DNA from: Candidatus Kapaibacterium sp.
GTDB lineage: Bacteria > Bacteroidota > Ignavibacteria > Kapaibacteriales > UBA2268
Length of the DNA stretch: 64,000 nucleotides
Assembly: GCA_963665665.1 (NCBI GenBank)
Contig: OY762428.1
Coordinates: 5,056,001 to 5,120,000 of the forward strand
Direction: 5' to 3'
Position numbers and translations under genes: made by a program. The notes beneath the pieces are model-generated. The model made no database searches. It saw only the letters and a list, made by a program, of their open reading frames with translations, and had not been told where the DNA came from. Below are positions 29,986-40,720 of the stretch, one piece after another. The first letter of the stretch is position 1. Every line of letters begins with the position of its first letter.

Positions 29986-30996
29986 TTATACAGATTCTAT
30001 CATCTTCCCGGCAGCTTTCAGTATCATTTTTACTCCTGAGTCAAAATCAATATCATAAAGCCTGGCACCTGCGGCATGGAAATGCCCGCCACCACCAAAT
30101 TGTGTTGCAACATCTCGAACGGAATATTCATCCTTGGACCTTAAAGATACTCTGAGAAAATTACTATCCGGCGATTGCCGGATGAAAATTCCTACTTTAA
30201 CTCCTGCAACTGACATAATTCTTTCAACTATGTTTTCTGTATCCGATTGTTTTGCTCCGAGTTTATCAAAATCTTCCGATTCAATGCCTATAAATCCCAG
30301 CTTACCACCGAAGTGAAGATCAAGTCTGCTCATTGCCAGGCCCGACAGTTTGAAAGCAGTATCAGAAACGTTGTTGTAAATAAATTCAAACATATCCTCG
30401 GGCTTCGCACCACAGTCAATTAATTCGGCAATAATCCTGTGAACCTCACCGTCTGTTCTCGGGAACCTGAAACTGCCGGTATCTGTCATTATTGCGACGT
30501 AAAGAGCTTCCGCAGCTGCTCTGCTGGTTTGGTAATTTTTATCTTTGTCTGTTATTTTCCAGATTAATTGTCCGCATGAAGCAGCTTCTGTATCAACATA
30601 ATAATAATCAGCAAAATCATCAGGTTCAATGTGGTGGTCAATCACAAGTTTTTCAGCAGAAGACTTTGTTAAAGAATCGCCAATAGCGCCTGTACGAGAT
30701 GTATCGTTAACATCAGTTACAATAATCAGATCAGCTTCTGCAATTAGTTCATCATGTTCTTCTGGTTTATAAAGAAAAAATTTATCGCTACCCTGAAGAA
30801 AAATAAGATTTTCTGGAACCGGGTCGCTGTTCAAAAGGAACACTTTTTTGTTGATAGACTTAAGATAGTAAAACAGGCCAAGCTGAGATCCGAGACAGTC
30901 TCCGTCGGGGCTGTGATGCCCGGATATAACAATTTTATTTTTCTCTCCGAGTAATTTAATTATCTGTTGTTCTGTTAAATAATTTAGTTTATTCAT
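29986..30996 (-). CDS. nrnA: DHH-family oligoribonuclease/PAP phosphatase (NrnA-like)
   Basis: HxxPDGDxxGS, IDHH, TDTGSF, SLRS, GGGGH motifs. Confidence 0.88.
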   Translation of the reverse strand: MNKLNYLTEQQIIKLLGEKNKIVISGHHSPDGDCLGSQLGLFYYLKSINKKVFLLNSDPVPENLIFLQGSDKFFLYKPEEHDELIAEADLIIVTDVNDTSRTGAIGDSLTKSSAEKLVIDHHIEPDDFADYYYVDTEAASCGQLIWKITDKDKNYQTSRAAAEALYVAIMTDTGSFRFPRTDGEVHRIIAELIDCGAKPEDMFEFIYNNVSDTAFKLSGLAMSRLDLHFGGKLGFIGIESEDFDKLGAKQSDTENIVERIMSVAGVKVGIFIRQSPDSNFLRVSLRSKDEYSVRDVATQFGGGGHFHAAGARLYDIDFDSGVKMILKAAGKMIESV

Positions 30997-31105
30997 AATT
31001 CCATTAATAATCTGTTACAAATTCAAAGCCATATTACAAAACATTTAATATTGACTCCACAAAATTAATCAAATATTTGTATTTTTGTTAATGTAATAAT
31101 TAATC

Positions 31106-31939
31106 TTGAAAATCAAAATGACAGAAGAAGAATTACAACAACTAAAAGATGAATTGAAAAAAGAACCTGTTAAGGAAAAGAAAGTCCGGCAGAAGAGATC
31201 ACCAAAGGGATTTATGCCTTATTTTTTAGTATTTGTCAGTTTATCCTTATCGATTATTCTATTATATTTTATTCTGGACAAATTGTTGATGCCATCATTT
31301 GTCAGCGATAGGGAAATTGTAGAAATGCCTCTTGTTCAGGGCCTGAATATTGAAGATGCCAAAATGAAATTGCTTAAAAAGAATCTGCATGTATCTGTTT
31401 CCGGGCGAGAAATAAATTCCGAGTTTCCGGCGGATATAATTCTAAGGCAAACACCAAAACAGGGAAAAATGGTTAAATCAGGAAGAACTGTATTCCTGAC
31501 TTTAAGTAAAGGCCCGGATTCGATCAAAGTTCCTTACCTGATTGGACATGATATAAGGCGGGCTAGTGTTCTTCTTATGAGGCGCGGACTTGAATTGGGT
31601 GATACTTTGCATGAATACAGTATGGAATATAAAGCAAAAGCCATTATTCAGCAAAGCCTTAAACCGGGTAGTATGGTTCCGTATGGTTCTGAAGTTGATA
31701 TTATTGTTAGCAATGGCCCTGAAGATTATATCGAAGTACCACAACTGATCGGGGTGGAATTAAATGATCTCAGGAAATTACTTAACGAGTCAGGACTTGA
31801 AATGGGCTCGGTTTCTTACATTGAAGATGAAACATACCTGCCTTTCACGGTTGGCGCTCAAAACCCAAAAGCAGGAGAGAGAGTACCTGCAGGTACGCTA
31901 ATAAATGTATCTGTTTATATTGAGCCTCCAAAATTTTAA
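31106..31939 (+). CDS. PASTA-domain membrane protein (3 PASTA repeats)
   Basis: One TM, then three xPxxxG...QxPxxG...V repeats. Start may be ATG 31118. Confidence 0.85.
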   Translation: MKIKMTEEELQQLKDELKKEPVKEKKVRQKRSPKGFMPYFLVFVSLSLSIILLYFILDKLLMPSFVSDREIVEMPLVQGLNIEDAKMKLLKKNLHVSVSGREINSEFPADIILRQTPKQGKMVKSGRTVFLTLSKGPDSIKVPYLIGHDIRRASVLLMRRGLELGDTLHEYSMEYKAKAIIQQSLKPGSMVPYGSEVDIIVSNGPEDYIEVPQLIGVELNDLRKLLNESGLEMGSVSYIEDETYLPFTVGAQNPKAGERVPAGTLINVSVYIEPPKF

Positions 31940-32025
31940 ATATTTTTGATTTGATAAAGATTTACATTGACTTTGTAATCATTTTCTTTTTTATTTGTTA
32001 TTTGTATTGAGATTCAAAACAATAG

Positions 32026-34344
32026 GTGATTGAGATGAAAAAACAAATATACTTATCTATAATAACTGTTTTACTTCTAACAGTCTTTTTCTCGGATGCA
32101 TCAGCGCAGTGGCGCCGCTTGATAGACAGGCCTACTTATGATATGTGGGCCAATGAAAAAAACTACAACACTTTGTTCTGCGGAGGCGAGGGACGCTTAG
32201 TTTATCGTTCTTACGACGCGGGAGCTACATGGGATACTCTTATTGTTGGTAATCATTCCGGCGGGCCGGCGCAGTTCAACAATATTATGATGAGTAAAAC
32301 CGATACAAATGTGGTTATTGTCGGCGGGCTTGTTTTTGGCGATATACGCCGAAGTACTAACCACGGACAAACCTGGGATATTTCCCTTTTAAGAACACAT
32401 GCTCTTTCAACCAACGGTAAAGCTATTGTAAGAGATGAAAAAAATCCAAACACCATATATTTCGGGGATTACAAAACCGCAAAAATTTTCAGGTCTGACA
32501 ACTTTGGTGAAACCTGGGATTCTGTTACTACAGTTATGAGAAATTTCAGAATCTGGAGCAGCGACACTACATACCGCGATACTATCATGAAAGTAAACAT
32601 TGGCAGCTTGGGTATCCGCGAGGACAGCACGAATATTCTATTCTGCAATACTACTGACGGCTTAATATTTATGTCCAAAGATTATGGATATAACTGGGAT
32701 TTGATTGATACTCTTGTTATTCCCGGTATAGATCCTTCTGACTGCGAAATCACGAGGCTTTTATTCAGCCGCAGGGACAGTATTACCGGTTATGCCGTTA
32801 TTACTTACCTGTTTGGAACCAACAAACCAAACGGCGGGCTGTATAAAACAACTGACGGCGGTTATAACTGGGATTTACTTTCTTTTGCGGATACCAGTAT
32901 GTGGGCTGTTTCAGCCAGGCCATACGGGAACAACGATGAGGTATTTATTGGCGGCTACACTGAAAATTATTTCGACGTTGATGAAAACTATGTGCCGGGA
33001 GCAGGTATTGTTCGGCGATCTCTTGACGGTGGAAAAACCTGGTACGCTTACGATGAAATGATTAACTGGACAATTGAAAGGCCAAAATCCTCGGCTCCGC
33101 TGCTAAATATTGAATTTTTTAATACTGAAGTTGGAATTGCCGTGGGGCACTACGGTAATATATTTCTGAGAAAACCCGGACAAAAGGCATGGGATCCGAT
33201 GACTATCGAACTTACCTATGATTTTGAAGATGTTTCCATCGCTGACGAATCAACTGCCTACGTTGTTGGCAGGAATGGAATAATTGTGAAATCAATCGAC
33301 GTTGGCGAAACCTGGGTGGAAATACCGGCTGAATTTAAAGACGACATTTACACTGTAAAATTCTTTAATCCTGAAAAAGGAATAATTGCCGGTGAATCGG
33401 GAATGATAAAAATAACTAATGATTCTGCAAAAACATGGACAGACATTGAATCAGAAGTTGATGATGATATTCTGGATATTGTATTTACAAATGATCTGAA
33501 CGGTTATGCATGCGGCAAAAAAGGGCTGTTTGTTCGGACAACTAATGGCGGAATAACATGGGAAATAATTGACACAGATATTGATGAGGAATTTAAAAGG
33601 ATTTCTGCTGTCGGTAACCGTGTTATGATACCACTTAACGGGGGAAATATTTTGCTCAGCAATGACGGTGGTAATAATTGGACTGTTAAACAGACCGGGG
33701 AAGATTTTGACTTAAATGCAATTTCGATGCTTAATGAAAATAAGGCATGGACTGCCGGACATCAGTCCGAGGCTTTTAGTACTGAAGACGGAGGTGAAAA
33801 CTGGGAATTTATTGACATGAATTCTTTCCGCCATATATATGACGTTACAATGATTAACGATACTTTGTGGGCTGCCTCCGGACAATATACCACCATCTGG
33901 CTAACCTACGATGCTGGTGAAAACTGGTACTACGAAAGGATAGGTTCAGGCCCAAGGTCTAATATGTGGTCCCTTAGATATTTTGGCGATCCCGGAGAAG
34001 AAAAACTCTATATGGCATCCGAAGCCGGCCTTTTTGTTCTGGATGAACCCAGCGATGTTAAAAGTAAAAAAGAATCAAGTGATTCAAGACTGAATGTTGT
34101 TATTTCTCCTGCAAATACAATGATGGTATTTTATAATAAGTTCGACCAGTACTACCAGGGCGAAGTTAGTTTCAGGGTTATTGATATTAACGGCCGTGTG
34201 GTTATGGAAAGATCCCTTCCACCAAACTCATCACCGGAAATCAGGGCTAATCTTAGGTTGCCCAACCTTCCTTCGGGCGCATATATTTGCCAGACAATTG
34301 AAGGTGATCATGCCACAACAGCTAAGATTATTATCAATAATTAA
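32026..34344 (+). CDS. Ycf48-like/BNR beta-propeller protein with T9SS-like CTD
   Basis: Many T/SxDGGxxW repeats; C-terminal IDINGRVV...LPSGAYI...KIIIN. Confidence 0.8.
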   Translation: MIEMKKQIYLSIITVLLLTVFFSDASAQWRRLIDRPTYDMWANEKNYNTLFCGGEGRLVYRSYDAGATWDTLIVGNHSGGPAQFNNIMMSKTDTNVVIVGGLVFGDIRRSTNHGQTWDISLLRTHALSTNGKAIVRDEKNPNTIYFGDYKTAKIFRSDNFGETWDSVTTVMRNFRIWSSDTTYRDTIMKVNIGSLGIREDSTNILFCNTTDGLIFMSKDYGYNWDLIDTLVIPGIDPSDCEITRLLFSRRDSITGYAVITYLFGTNKPNGGLYKTTDGGYNWDLLSFADTSMWAVSARPYGNNDEVFIGGYTENYFDVDENYVPGAGIVRRSLDGGKTWYAYDEMINWTIERPKSSAPLLNIEFFNTEVGIAVGHYGNIFLRKPGQKAWDPMTIELTYDFEDVSIADESTAYVVGRNGIIVKSIDVGETWVEIPAEFKDDIYTVKFFNPEKGIIAGESGMIKITNDSAKTWTDIESEVDDDILDIVFTNDLNGYACGKKGLFVRTTNGGITWEIIDTDIDEEFKRISAVGNRVMIPLNGGNILLSNDGGNNWTVKQTGEDFDLNAISMLNENKAWTAGHQSEAFSTEDGGENWEFIDMNSFRHIYDVTMINDTLWAASGQYTTIWLTYDAGENWYYERIGSGPRSNMWSLRYFGDPGEEKLYMASEAGLFVLDEPSDVKSKKESSDSRLNVVISPANTMMVFYNKFDQYYQGEVSFRVIDINGRVVMERSLPPNSSPEIRANLRLPNLPSGAYICQTIEGDHATTAKIIINN

Positions 34345-34362
34345 AATATGAATCAAATATTT

Positions 34363-34403
34363 AAAGCCTTCCGGATATTATTAAGATACGGAAGGCTTTT
34401 TTT
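34363..34403 (+). terminator. Rho-independent terminator
   Basis: AAAGCCTTCCG...CGGAAGGCTTTTTTT. Confidence 0.75.
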
Positions 34404-34446
34404 GTTCTGTCGATTATTTTTTGTAAAAAAACATATATCTCACAAC

Positions 34447-35034
34447 CTAATATTCACGAATTCCCTTTAAATAATCGAATATTTCCTTTGCATTAGGAAT
34501 CATTACCAGTTTTGGTGAGATTTTGAATGTCCTGGAATATCTTAGGGGCAAAACATTATCCATGAACCGGTCTTTGTCAAGAATAATTGTACCGAAACCA
34601 TTTTTCTTTTCATTTATCATCAATCCAATAATTTTTCGAATTTCGTATATCCTGGTTATGTCCTGTGTCGGTCCGGATTTTATTATTATTCTTTTGTTTG
34701 TAATCGCGTAAATTGTGTATTTTCTACTGACCATATCATCAATAAAACGCCCGACAAGAAAGTAAAAAGCTATCAAAATTAAAATAACCGAGAAAATTTT
34801 CAAAATCATCATGCCTTCTGATTCGAAAGCCAATGCAGCAATATTATAGGCAGCTATGGCTAAGATAATGCTTAAAGGAATAAATATAATATCAAGTGGT
34901 TTAATAAGTATTCCACCTTTTGGCCGACAGGTATGAATAGGTTCTTCGCCATCTTCAAGATGTTGCGAAATTTTAGATCTTATTTTCTCGTCGATTTGCG
35001 GGAATCCAATAATATGATTATATCTTAAGCCCAT
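34447..35034 (-). CDS. Membrane protein with bacterial PH-like domain
   Basis: Two TM helices followed by YAITNKRIIIKSG...GFGTI. Confidence 0.65.
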   Translation of the reverse strand: MGLRYNHIIGFPQIDEKIRSKISQHLEDGEEPIHTCRPKGGILIKPLDIIFIPLSIILAIAAYNIAALAFESEGMMILKIFSVILILIAFYFLVGRFIDDMVSRKYTIYAITNKRIIIKSGPTQDITRIYEIRKIIGLMINEKKNGFGTIILDKDRFMDNVLPLRYSRTFKISPKLVMIPNAKEIFDYLKGIREY

Positions 35035-35444
35035 TATTTTGATAATTCCTTTTCATCAGATTTTTCAGCAGATTTTTCAGCAGTTTTTAAAAAAGTATAC
35101 TTAAAAAGTTCTACATTCTTGTGATTGATTCCAAAATCCAGCATTGCCAAACCCTGCGATTTGCTGACAATAGAAATTTTTCCTGATTCAAATGATACTG
35201 TGATTTCATAACTATTCTTTATCCAACTGCCTGGCCTTATAGCAATGGCATTGTCTTCTTTAGATGAGATTGTTAGCCAGTTAAGTATATTAAATGTCTT
35301 TAAAACTATTGGCAGTATTTGTTCACGGTTTAAATAAGGATAAATAACATCTCCCCATTTTGGTGTAAAACCAAAACTAAATTCAGGATCGAGAGAATCT
35401 TCAAATTTCTTAAGGTCTACAGTCACAATAATTGCCTCTAACAT
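35034..35444 (-). CDS. Hypothetical protein
   Basis: 136-aa ORF translationally coupled to 34447..35034. Confidence 0.55.
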   Translation of the reverse strand: MLEAIIVTVDLKKFEDSLDPEFSFGFTPKWGDVIYPYLNREQILPIVLKTFNILNWLTISSKEDNAIAIRPGSWIKNSYEITVSFESGKISIVSKSQGLAMLDFGINHKNVELFKYTFLKTAEKSAEKSDEKELSK

Positions 35445-35702
35445 TATTAATAATTTATTGAAATCACGAATAGTAACCCTAAAGTAAAATTGTAAAAAAC
35501 GTATTCAGCATAAAGTGTGTTTCTCATATTTTCAACTTCAAGCAAATACTTATAAAATATATTTACATCTTTCCCAAAAATAATAATTTTCCACTGTGTT
35601 AAAATATTAAAATCAATATGAATATATCTTAATATTTTTTTATTCACGAAAAATTTTCATAATTTATAAAAAAATTAAATCAAAAAATACGGGGAATTTA
35701 GA

Positions 35703-36164
35703 ATGGAAAGCCTGATTATTCGTGAAGCCGAAATGAAAGATACGGATTCTATTGCAGAATTCAATACTTTAATGGCACTTGAAACTGAAGATAAAAAATT
35801 AAACCGCGATACTATTTCCATGGGGGTTAAAAATCTTGTACAAAAGCCTGAGTATGGATTTTATCTGGTAGCAGAGCTTGAAGGTAAAATAATTGCTTCC
35901 CTTATGATAACTTATGAGTGGAGCGACTGGCGGAACGGCCTGATCTGGTGGATTCAAAGCGTGTATGTGAAAAAGGAATTCCGAAGAATGGGGATATATC
36001 GTGCAATGTATATCCGGGTAAAAGAAATGGCTATGTTTGATAAAAATATTCGTGGCTTCAGGCTCTACGTTGAAAAAGAAAATGAAACTGCTATGAAAAC
36101 TTATAAAAGCCTTGGGATGTCCGAATCGGATTATATTGTTTTTGAAGATTTAAAGAAGAAATAA
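35703..36164 (+). CDS. GNAT-family N-acetyltransferase
   Basis: YEWSDWRNG, SVYVKKEFRRMGI, NxxAxxxYxxLG. Confidence 0.9.
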   Translation: MESLIIREAEMKDTDSIAEFNTLMALETEDKKLNRDTISMGVKNLVQKPEYGFYLVAELEGKIIASLMITYEWSDWRNGLIWWIQSVYVKKEFRRMGIYRAMYIRVKEMAMFDKNIRGFRLYVEKENETAMKTYKSLGMSESDYIVFEDLKKK

Positions 36165-36180
36165 ATTTTGAAGATATAAA

Positions 36181-36218
36181 AAAACCTTCCGCCATAATTG
36201 ATCGCGGAAGGTTTTTTC
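36181..36218. terminator. Bidirectional terminator
   Basis: AAAACCTTCCGC...GCGGAAGGTTTTTT between convergent genes. Confidence 0.75.
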
Positions 36219-36235
36219 ATTTTTAGGAATGTGGA

Positions 36236-37480
36236 TTATAACATTCCAAGTTCTTTTCCAACTTTTTTGAAAGCATTGATTGCAAAATCAATATTTTCGT
36301 CGCTGTGGCCGGCTGAAAGCTGAACCCTGATCCTGTCTTTGCCTCTTGGTACAACAGGGAATGAAAATGCAGTTACATAAACGCCTTCTTCAAGCATTTT
36401 ATTAGCAAAATCAACTGCAAGCTGAGAGCAGTTATCATACTTGCCAAACATGATGGGAACGATCGGGTGTACGCCCGGAATAATATCAAATCCGGCGGCA
36501 GTCATTTCCTCGCGGAAACGTTTAGTGTTGTTTTCCAGTTTATCGCGAAGTTCCGTACTACCCATAAGCAGTTCCATAACTTTCAAAGTAGCGCCTACAG
36601 TTGCCGGAGGAACAGTATTTGAAAACAGGTATGGGCGTGCTTTGTTTCTCATCCACTCAACGATCTCTTTACGTCCGGAAATACATCCTCCGGATGCACC
36701 GCCAAGAGCTTTACCGAAAGTTGTTGTAATTATATCAACCCTGCCCATAACGTTGAAGTGCTCGTGAGTTCCGCGGCCGGTCTTGCCCATAAAACCTGTG
36801 GAGTGGCTGTCGTCAACCATTACAAGAGCATCGTATTTTTCAGCTATATCGCAAATCTCATCAAGTTTGGCTATATCACCGTCCATTGAGAAACAACCGT
36901 CTGTGGCTATCATTTTGAACCTGCATCCTGCTTCGTCTGCTTCTTTCAGGCAGCGTTCCAGGCCTTTAAGTTTCTTTCCTGTTGATTCGTCCAGATCTTC
37001 AATGTTACCCATTTCACCGTGGTTATAAATCCAGCGCTGAGCTTTGCAAAGCCTGATGCCGTCAATAATTGATGCATGGTTAAGAGAATCGGTAATGATA
37101 GCGTCCTGGTCTGTAAGAAGCGGTTCAAAAACAGCTCCGTTTGCATCAAAGCATGATGAGAAAAGAATTGTATCGTCAGTTCCGAGGAATTCAGATACCT
37201 TCTGTTCCAGTTCTTTATGGATATCCTGTGTGCCGCAGATAAACCTTACGGATGAAAGTCCGTAGCCTCTGCCGTCAAGAGCTTCATGAGCTGATTTAAG
37301 CAATTCGGGATGTGAAGAAAGGCCCAGGTAGTTATTTGCACAGAAGTTAAGTACTTTCTTGCCGTTTACTTCAATTTCAGCGCCTTGTGGGCTTTCGATT
37401 ATTCTTTCGTATTTATACAGTTTCTGATCTTTAATACTTTGCAGTTCCTGCTGTAAATAGTCTTTCATTTTGCCGTACAT
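36236..37480 (-). CDS. kbl: Glycine C-acetyltransferase (2-amino-3-ketobutyrate CoA ligase)
   Basis: NFCANNYLGLS, SVRFICGTQ, NHASIIDG, PLP lysine TFGKALGG. Start MYGKM chosen. Confidence 0.93.
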   Translation of the reverse strand: MYGKMKDYLQQELQSIKDQKLYKYERIIESPQGAEIEVNGKKVLNFCANNYLGLSSHPELLKSAHEALDGRGYGLSSVRFICGTQDIHKELEQKVSEFLGTDDTILFSSCFDANGAVFEPLLTDQDAIITDSLNHASIIDGIRLCKAQRWIYNHGEMGNIEDLDESTGKKLKGLERCLKEADEAGCRFKMIATDGCFSMDGDIAKLDEICDIAEKYDALVMVDDSHSTGFMGKTGRGTHEHFNVMGRVDIITTTFGKALGGASGGCISGRKEIVEWMRNKARPYLFSNTVPPATVGATLKVMELLMGSTELRDKLENNTKRFREEMTAAGFDIIPGVHPIVPIMFGKYDNCSQLAVDFANKMLEEGVYVTAFSFPVVPRGKDRIRVQLSAGHSDENIDFAINAFKKVGKELGML

Positions 37481-37759
37481 GTCAAACTCCACATGTATTA
37501 TTTGAAAATATTTGTTAATTATTAAAATCTACTTTTTTAAAGTCATGCAATATACGCTAACAAAAGCAATAATTAAAATTCACTAATAAAAATTTGTAAT
37601 AATTTCGTGTTTGTATTATGCTATGTTATCATGTGCTAAGTTGTTGTAATATATATAGAAAAAATTTTTCTTTGTTGATATGTTTCGTTTTAATAAATTC
37701 TATTCAGGAAGTAATTATTGAAAATAAAAAGTTTAATAAATGATTTTGCGAGGTGTATT

Positions 37760-38044
37760 ATGGAGGTATGTCCGAATTGCGGATCTGAACCTGAAAAAGG
37801 TGAAATTTTCGAGTTACTTGATTGTGAAGAATGCGGTACTTTGTATTGTCATAAATGTGAAGACGAAGATGGGTTATGCCCTGTTTGCCATGGCGAGGGT
37901 ATATATGACGAGGAATTTGATGATAAGGATATTGATGACGATGACATAGATTTAAGTGATATTGAAGATTTTGCTGAATTTGATGATGCCGAAGAAGATG
38001 ATGATTACATGGAAGACTGGCGAAAAGAGTATGATCTTTATTGA
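37760..38044 (+). CDS. Small 4xCxxC zinc-finger protein with acidic tail
   Basis: CPNC, CEEC, CHKC, CPVC then a D/E-rich tail. GAGGTG RBS before ATG 37760. Confidence 0.75.
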   Translation: MEVCPNCGSEPEKGEIFELLDCEECGTLYCHKCEDEDGLCPVCHGEGIYDEEFDDKDIDDDDIDLSDIEDFAEFDDAEEDDDYMEDWRKEYDLY

Positions 38045-38111
38045 TTGTGTTCAGAGAGTAGAATATTCGGGGCCGTCAAATTATTTGACAGCCCATTATA
38101 ATATTATTAAC

Positions 38112-38969
38112 CTATTTAATTATTTTATATATAGCTGACATATCAGATTCCCCGAACCCTTTTTGCCTTGCCGAAGAGTATAATTCTTTTACATGATTGC
38201 CAGCTGGCAGAGCAATATCATTTTTAAATGCACATTGCAATGCTAAAAACAGATCTTTATGCATCCATTTTAACGGAAATTCCGGAGGAAATTCTTCATT
38301 TTCAAAATTTGAGGTTTTTGCTTTAACAATCGGAGCCACAACGGGCAGTTCCGGTAGTATTTTCAGAAGTTTTGATTTATTCAGCCCGAGTGCTTCCCCA
38401 AGGTGCAAACCTTCGCAGAATCCTTCTATACTGATTGCCATAAGCATATTAACAACCATTTTAAGTGATGAGCCTGCACCATGGCCACCGGCATGAATAG
38501 TCTTGCGTCCCATTATATCAAACAGGTGAGAGGCTTCTTCAATATCTTTCTGATTTCCGCCTGCAAGAAATACCAGTTGTCCGTCACGTGCCGGAACGAG
38601 CGATCCCGCTACAGGTGCATCAATAAATCTGATGCCGGCTTGTTCAGCGTGCTCAGCAAGATGTTTTGAAGTATCAGGATCGACAGTACTTGAATCAATC
38701 CACAGGCTGTTTTCATTCATTGAATGAATGAATCCTGCACCGGAAACTGCAATTTCCTTTACAACTTCAGGTGTTGAGAGCATTGAAATTACTATATCAC
38801 AATCCTTTACAGCTTCGGCAGGCGAATCTGACCATTTTGAGCCGAGTTTTATCAATTCCTCTGCTTTCTCTTTTGTTCTGTTGTTTATTACAAGATTGTA
38901 TCCCTTAATTTGAAGGTTTGCAGCCATTCGGCTTCCCATAATTCCAAGTCCTATAAATCCTATTCTCAT
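38112..38969 (-). CDS. NAD(P)-dependent beta-hydroxyacid dehydrogenase (3-hydroxyisobutyrate dehydrogenase family)
   Basis: GFIGLGIMG, DAPVAGS, KMVVN, MHKDL. Confidence 0.9.
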   Translation of the reverse strand: MRIGFIGLGIMGSRMAANLQIKGYNLVINNRTKEKAEELIKLGSKWSDSPAEAVKDCDIVISMLSTPEVVKEIAVSGAGFIHSMNENSLWIDSSTVDPDTSKHLAEHAEQAGIRFIDAPVAGSLVPARDGQLVFLAGGNQKDIEEASHLFDIMGRKTIHAGGHGAGSSLKMVVNMLMAISIEGFCEGLHLGEALGLNKSKLLKILPELPVVAPIVKAKTSNFENEEFPPEFPLKWMHKDLFLALQCAFKNDIALPAGNHVKELYSSARQKGFGESDMSAIYKIIK

Positions 38970-39108
38970 TTCTTACTCACATTTGTTGTTCAAAAATAAT
39001 CGTAAAATTACTGAAAAAATCAGACTTGATAAAATTATGAGAATGAAAAATCTACCTTAGCTATCTGCTATAATTTTATTATATTTATATTAGATCAGGT
39101 TTGCAAAA

Positions 39109-40626
39109 GTGATTAAAGTGAATATTAGTATAAATAGAATTGAAGAACTAATCAAAGCCGGTGAAGGAATTTCAACGGAGTTTAAAACGTGCCGAAAATC
39201 GATTAGCAGGAATGTGTATGAAACTGTTGCTGCTTTCCTTAATAGAAAAGGCGGGTCAATTCTTCTTGGAGTAACAGATTCCGGTAAGATTCAGGGTATA
39301 GATAAGGATGCAATTCAGCAGATAAAAAAAGATTTTGTTACTGCTGTAAACAATCCGCAAAAGATTAATCCTGTCGCATATCTTTCGGTCGATGTAATTG
39401 ATTATGATAATAAACAAATACTTCATGTTTACGTGCCTGAAAGCTCTAATGTTCATAGGTGCGGTGGAAGAATTTTTGATCGCAACGAGGATGCAGATAT
39501 TGACATTACTAATAATACCAAGCTTGTTTTCGATATGTATATCCGTAAACAGGCATCTTACTCTGAAAACAAAGTTTTTCCATTTGCTGAAATCGATGAA
39601 CTGAGAAATGACCTGATCGAAAAGTCTCGCATAATGGCTTCGGCATGGAATGCGAACCACCCATGGCTTACAATGGACGATATGCAACTGCTGAAAAGCG
39701 CCCAGCTGTATAAAACAAATCCAGAAACAGGAAAAAGTGGTCTGACTCTTGCCGGAATACTTCTATTTGGCAATGATAATCTGATACTTGCTGCATTGCC
39801 GCACCACAGGACAGACCTGATTCTTAGAAGGGTTAATATTGACCGTTATGATGACAGGGATCTGGTAAGGACAAATCTAATTGAATCTTATGAAAGAATT
39901 ATTGCATTCATTCAGAAACATCTTTCTGACCCATTCTTCCTGGAAGGTATCAATCGTATAAGCCTTAGGGATTCCATATTTCGGGAAGTAGCTTCAAATA
40001 TTCTTATTCACCGGGAATACAGTAATGCTTTTCCGGCAAAACTTATTATTGAAAGAAACAGGGTATGGACTGAAAATGCAAATAGAGCAAATGGTTCCGG
40101 ACCAATTGATCCCGAACATTTTGTTCCGTATCCTAAAAATCCTGTAATTGGGGCTTTCTTCAGGGAAATACACCGGGCTGACGAACTCGGTTCGGGTCTG
40201 AGAAATATTATGAAATACGGAATAACATATAGTGGCTCTACTCCTGAAATGATAGAGGATGATATTTTCAGATTTTTTATCAATCTTCCGGCAAGTGAAG
40301 TATCTCCGCAAGTTTCATATAAATTTCCTAACCAGGTTCGGGAAACTTCCAGTACTTATTTCAGCACACCCGAAGTTAACACCGAAGTTGCCACCGAAGT
40401 TAACACCGAAGTTATAAATATGCTAAAGGTTCTTAAAGGTAATATGAGCCGCAAGGAAATTATGGCACAAATGAATTTGGTAAATGAAAAGCACTTCAGG
40501 GAATATTATCAGCAAAGGTGTGTCAAACTTGGTTTGATTGAAATGACAATTCCTGATAAACCGCGAAGCAGCAGGCAGAAATACCGTATTACAGAAAAAG
40601 GAAAAGCATTGCTCAGAAAGATGTGA
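39109..40626 (+). CDS. Schlafen/AlbA_2 domain protein with HATPase_c_4-like and C-terminal wHTH domains
   Basis: GEGISTEFK...AFLNRKGGSILLGVTD; REVASNILIHREY; PKNPVI...DELGSG; MTIPDKPRSSRQKYRIT. Confidence 0.82.
   Translation: MIKVNISINRIEELIKAGEGISTEFKTCRKSISRNVYETVAAFLNRKGGSILLGVTDSGKIQGIDKDAIQQIKKDFVTAVNNPQKINPVAYLSVDVIDYDNKQILHVYVPESSNVHRCGGRIFDRNEDADIDITNNTKLVFDMYIRKQASYSENKVFPFAEIDELRNDLIEKSRIMASAWNANHPWLTMDDMQLLKSAQLYKTNPETGKSGLTLAGILLFGNDNLILAALPHHRTDLILRRVNIDRYDDRDLVRTNLIESYERIIAFIQKHLSDPFFLEGINRISLRDSIFREVASNILIHREYSNAFPAKLIIERNRVWTENANRANGSGPIDPEHFVPYPKNPVIGAFFREIHRADELGSGLRNIMKYGITYSGSTPEMIEDDIFRFFINLPASEVSPQVSYKFPNQVRETSSTYFSTPEVNTEVATEVNTEVINMLKVLKGNMSRKEIMAQMNLVNEKHFREYYQQRCVKLGLIEMTIPDKPRSSRQKYRITEKGKALLRKM
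40370..40414 (+). repeat. 12-bp coding tandem repeat (~4 copies, TEVN/TEVA linker)
   Basis: CCGAAGTTAACA / CCGAAGTTGCCA units. Confidence 0.8.
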
Positions 40627-40720
40627 TATTTTTCTGATATGAGTTTCTGCCGGATTTTGCTAAATGTTTTTTTTATTATAATTTGGCATTGATATTTATT
40701 TATCAAAGAAGAATTGAGAT

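Noticed and set aside
35447-35647. 66-aa ORF upstream of the hypothetical gene
   Set aside because: AT-rich divergent promoter region with no recognisable features; probably spurious.
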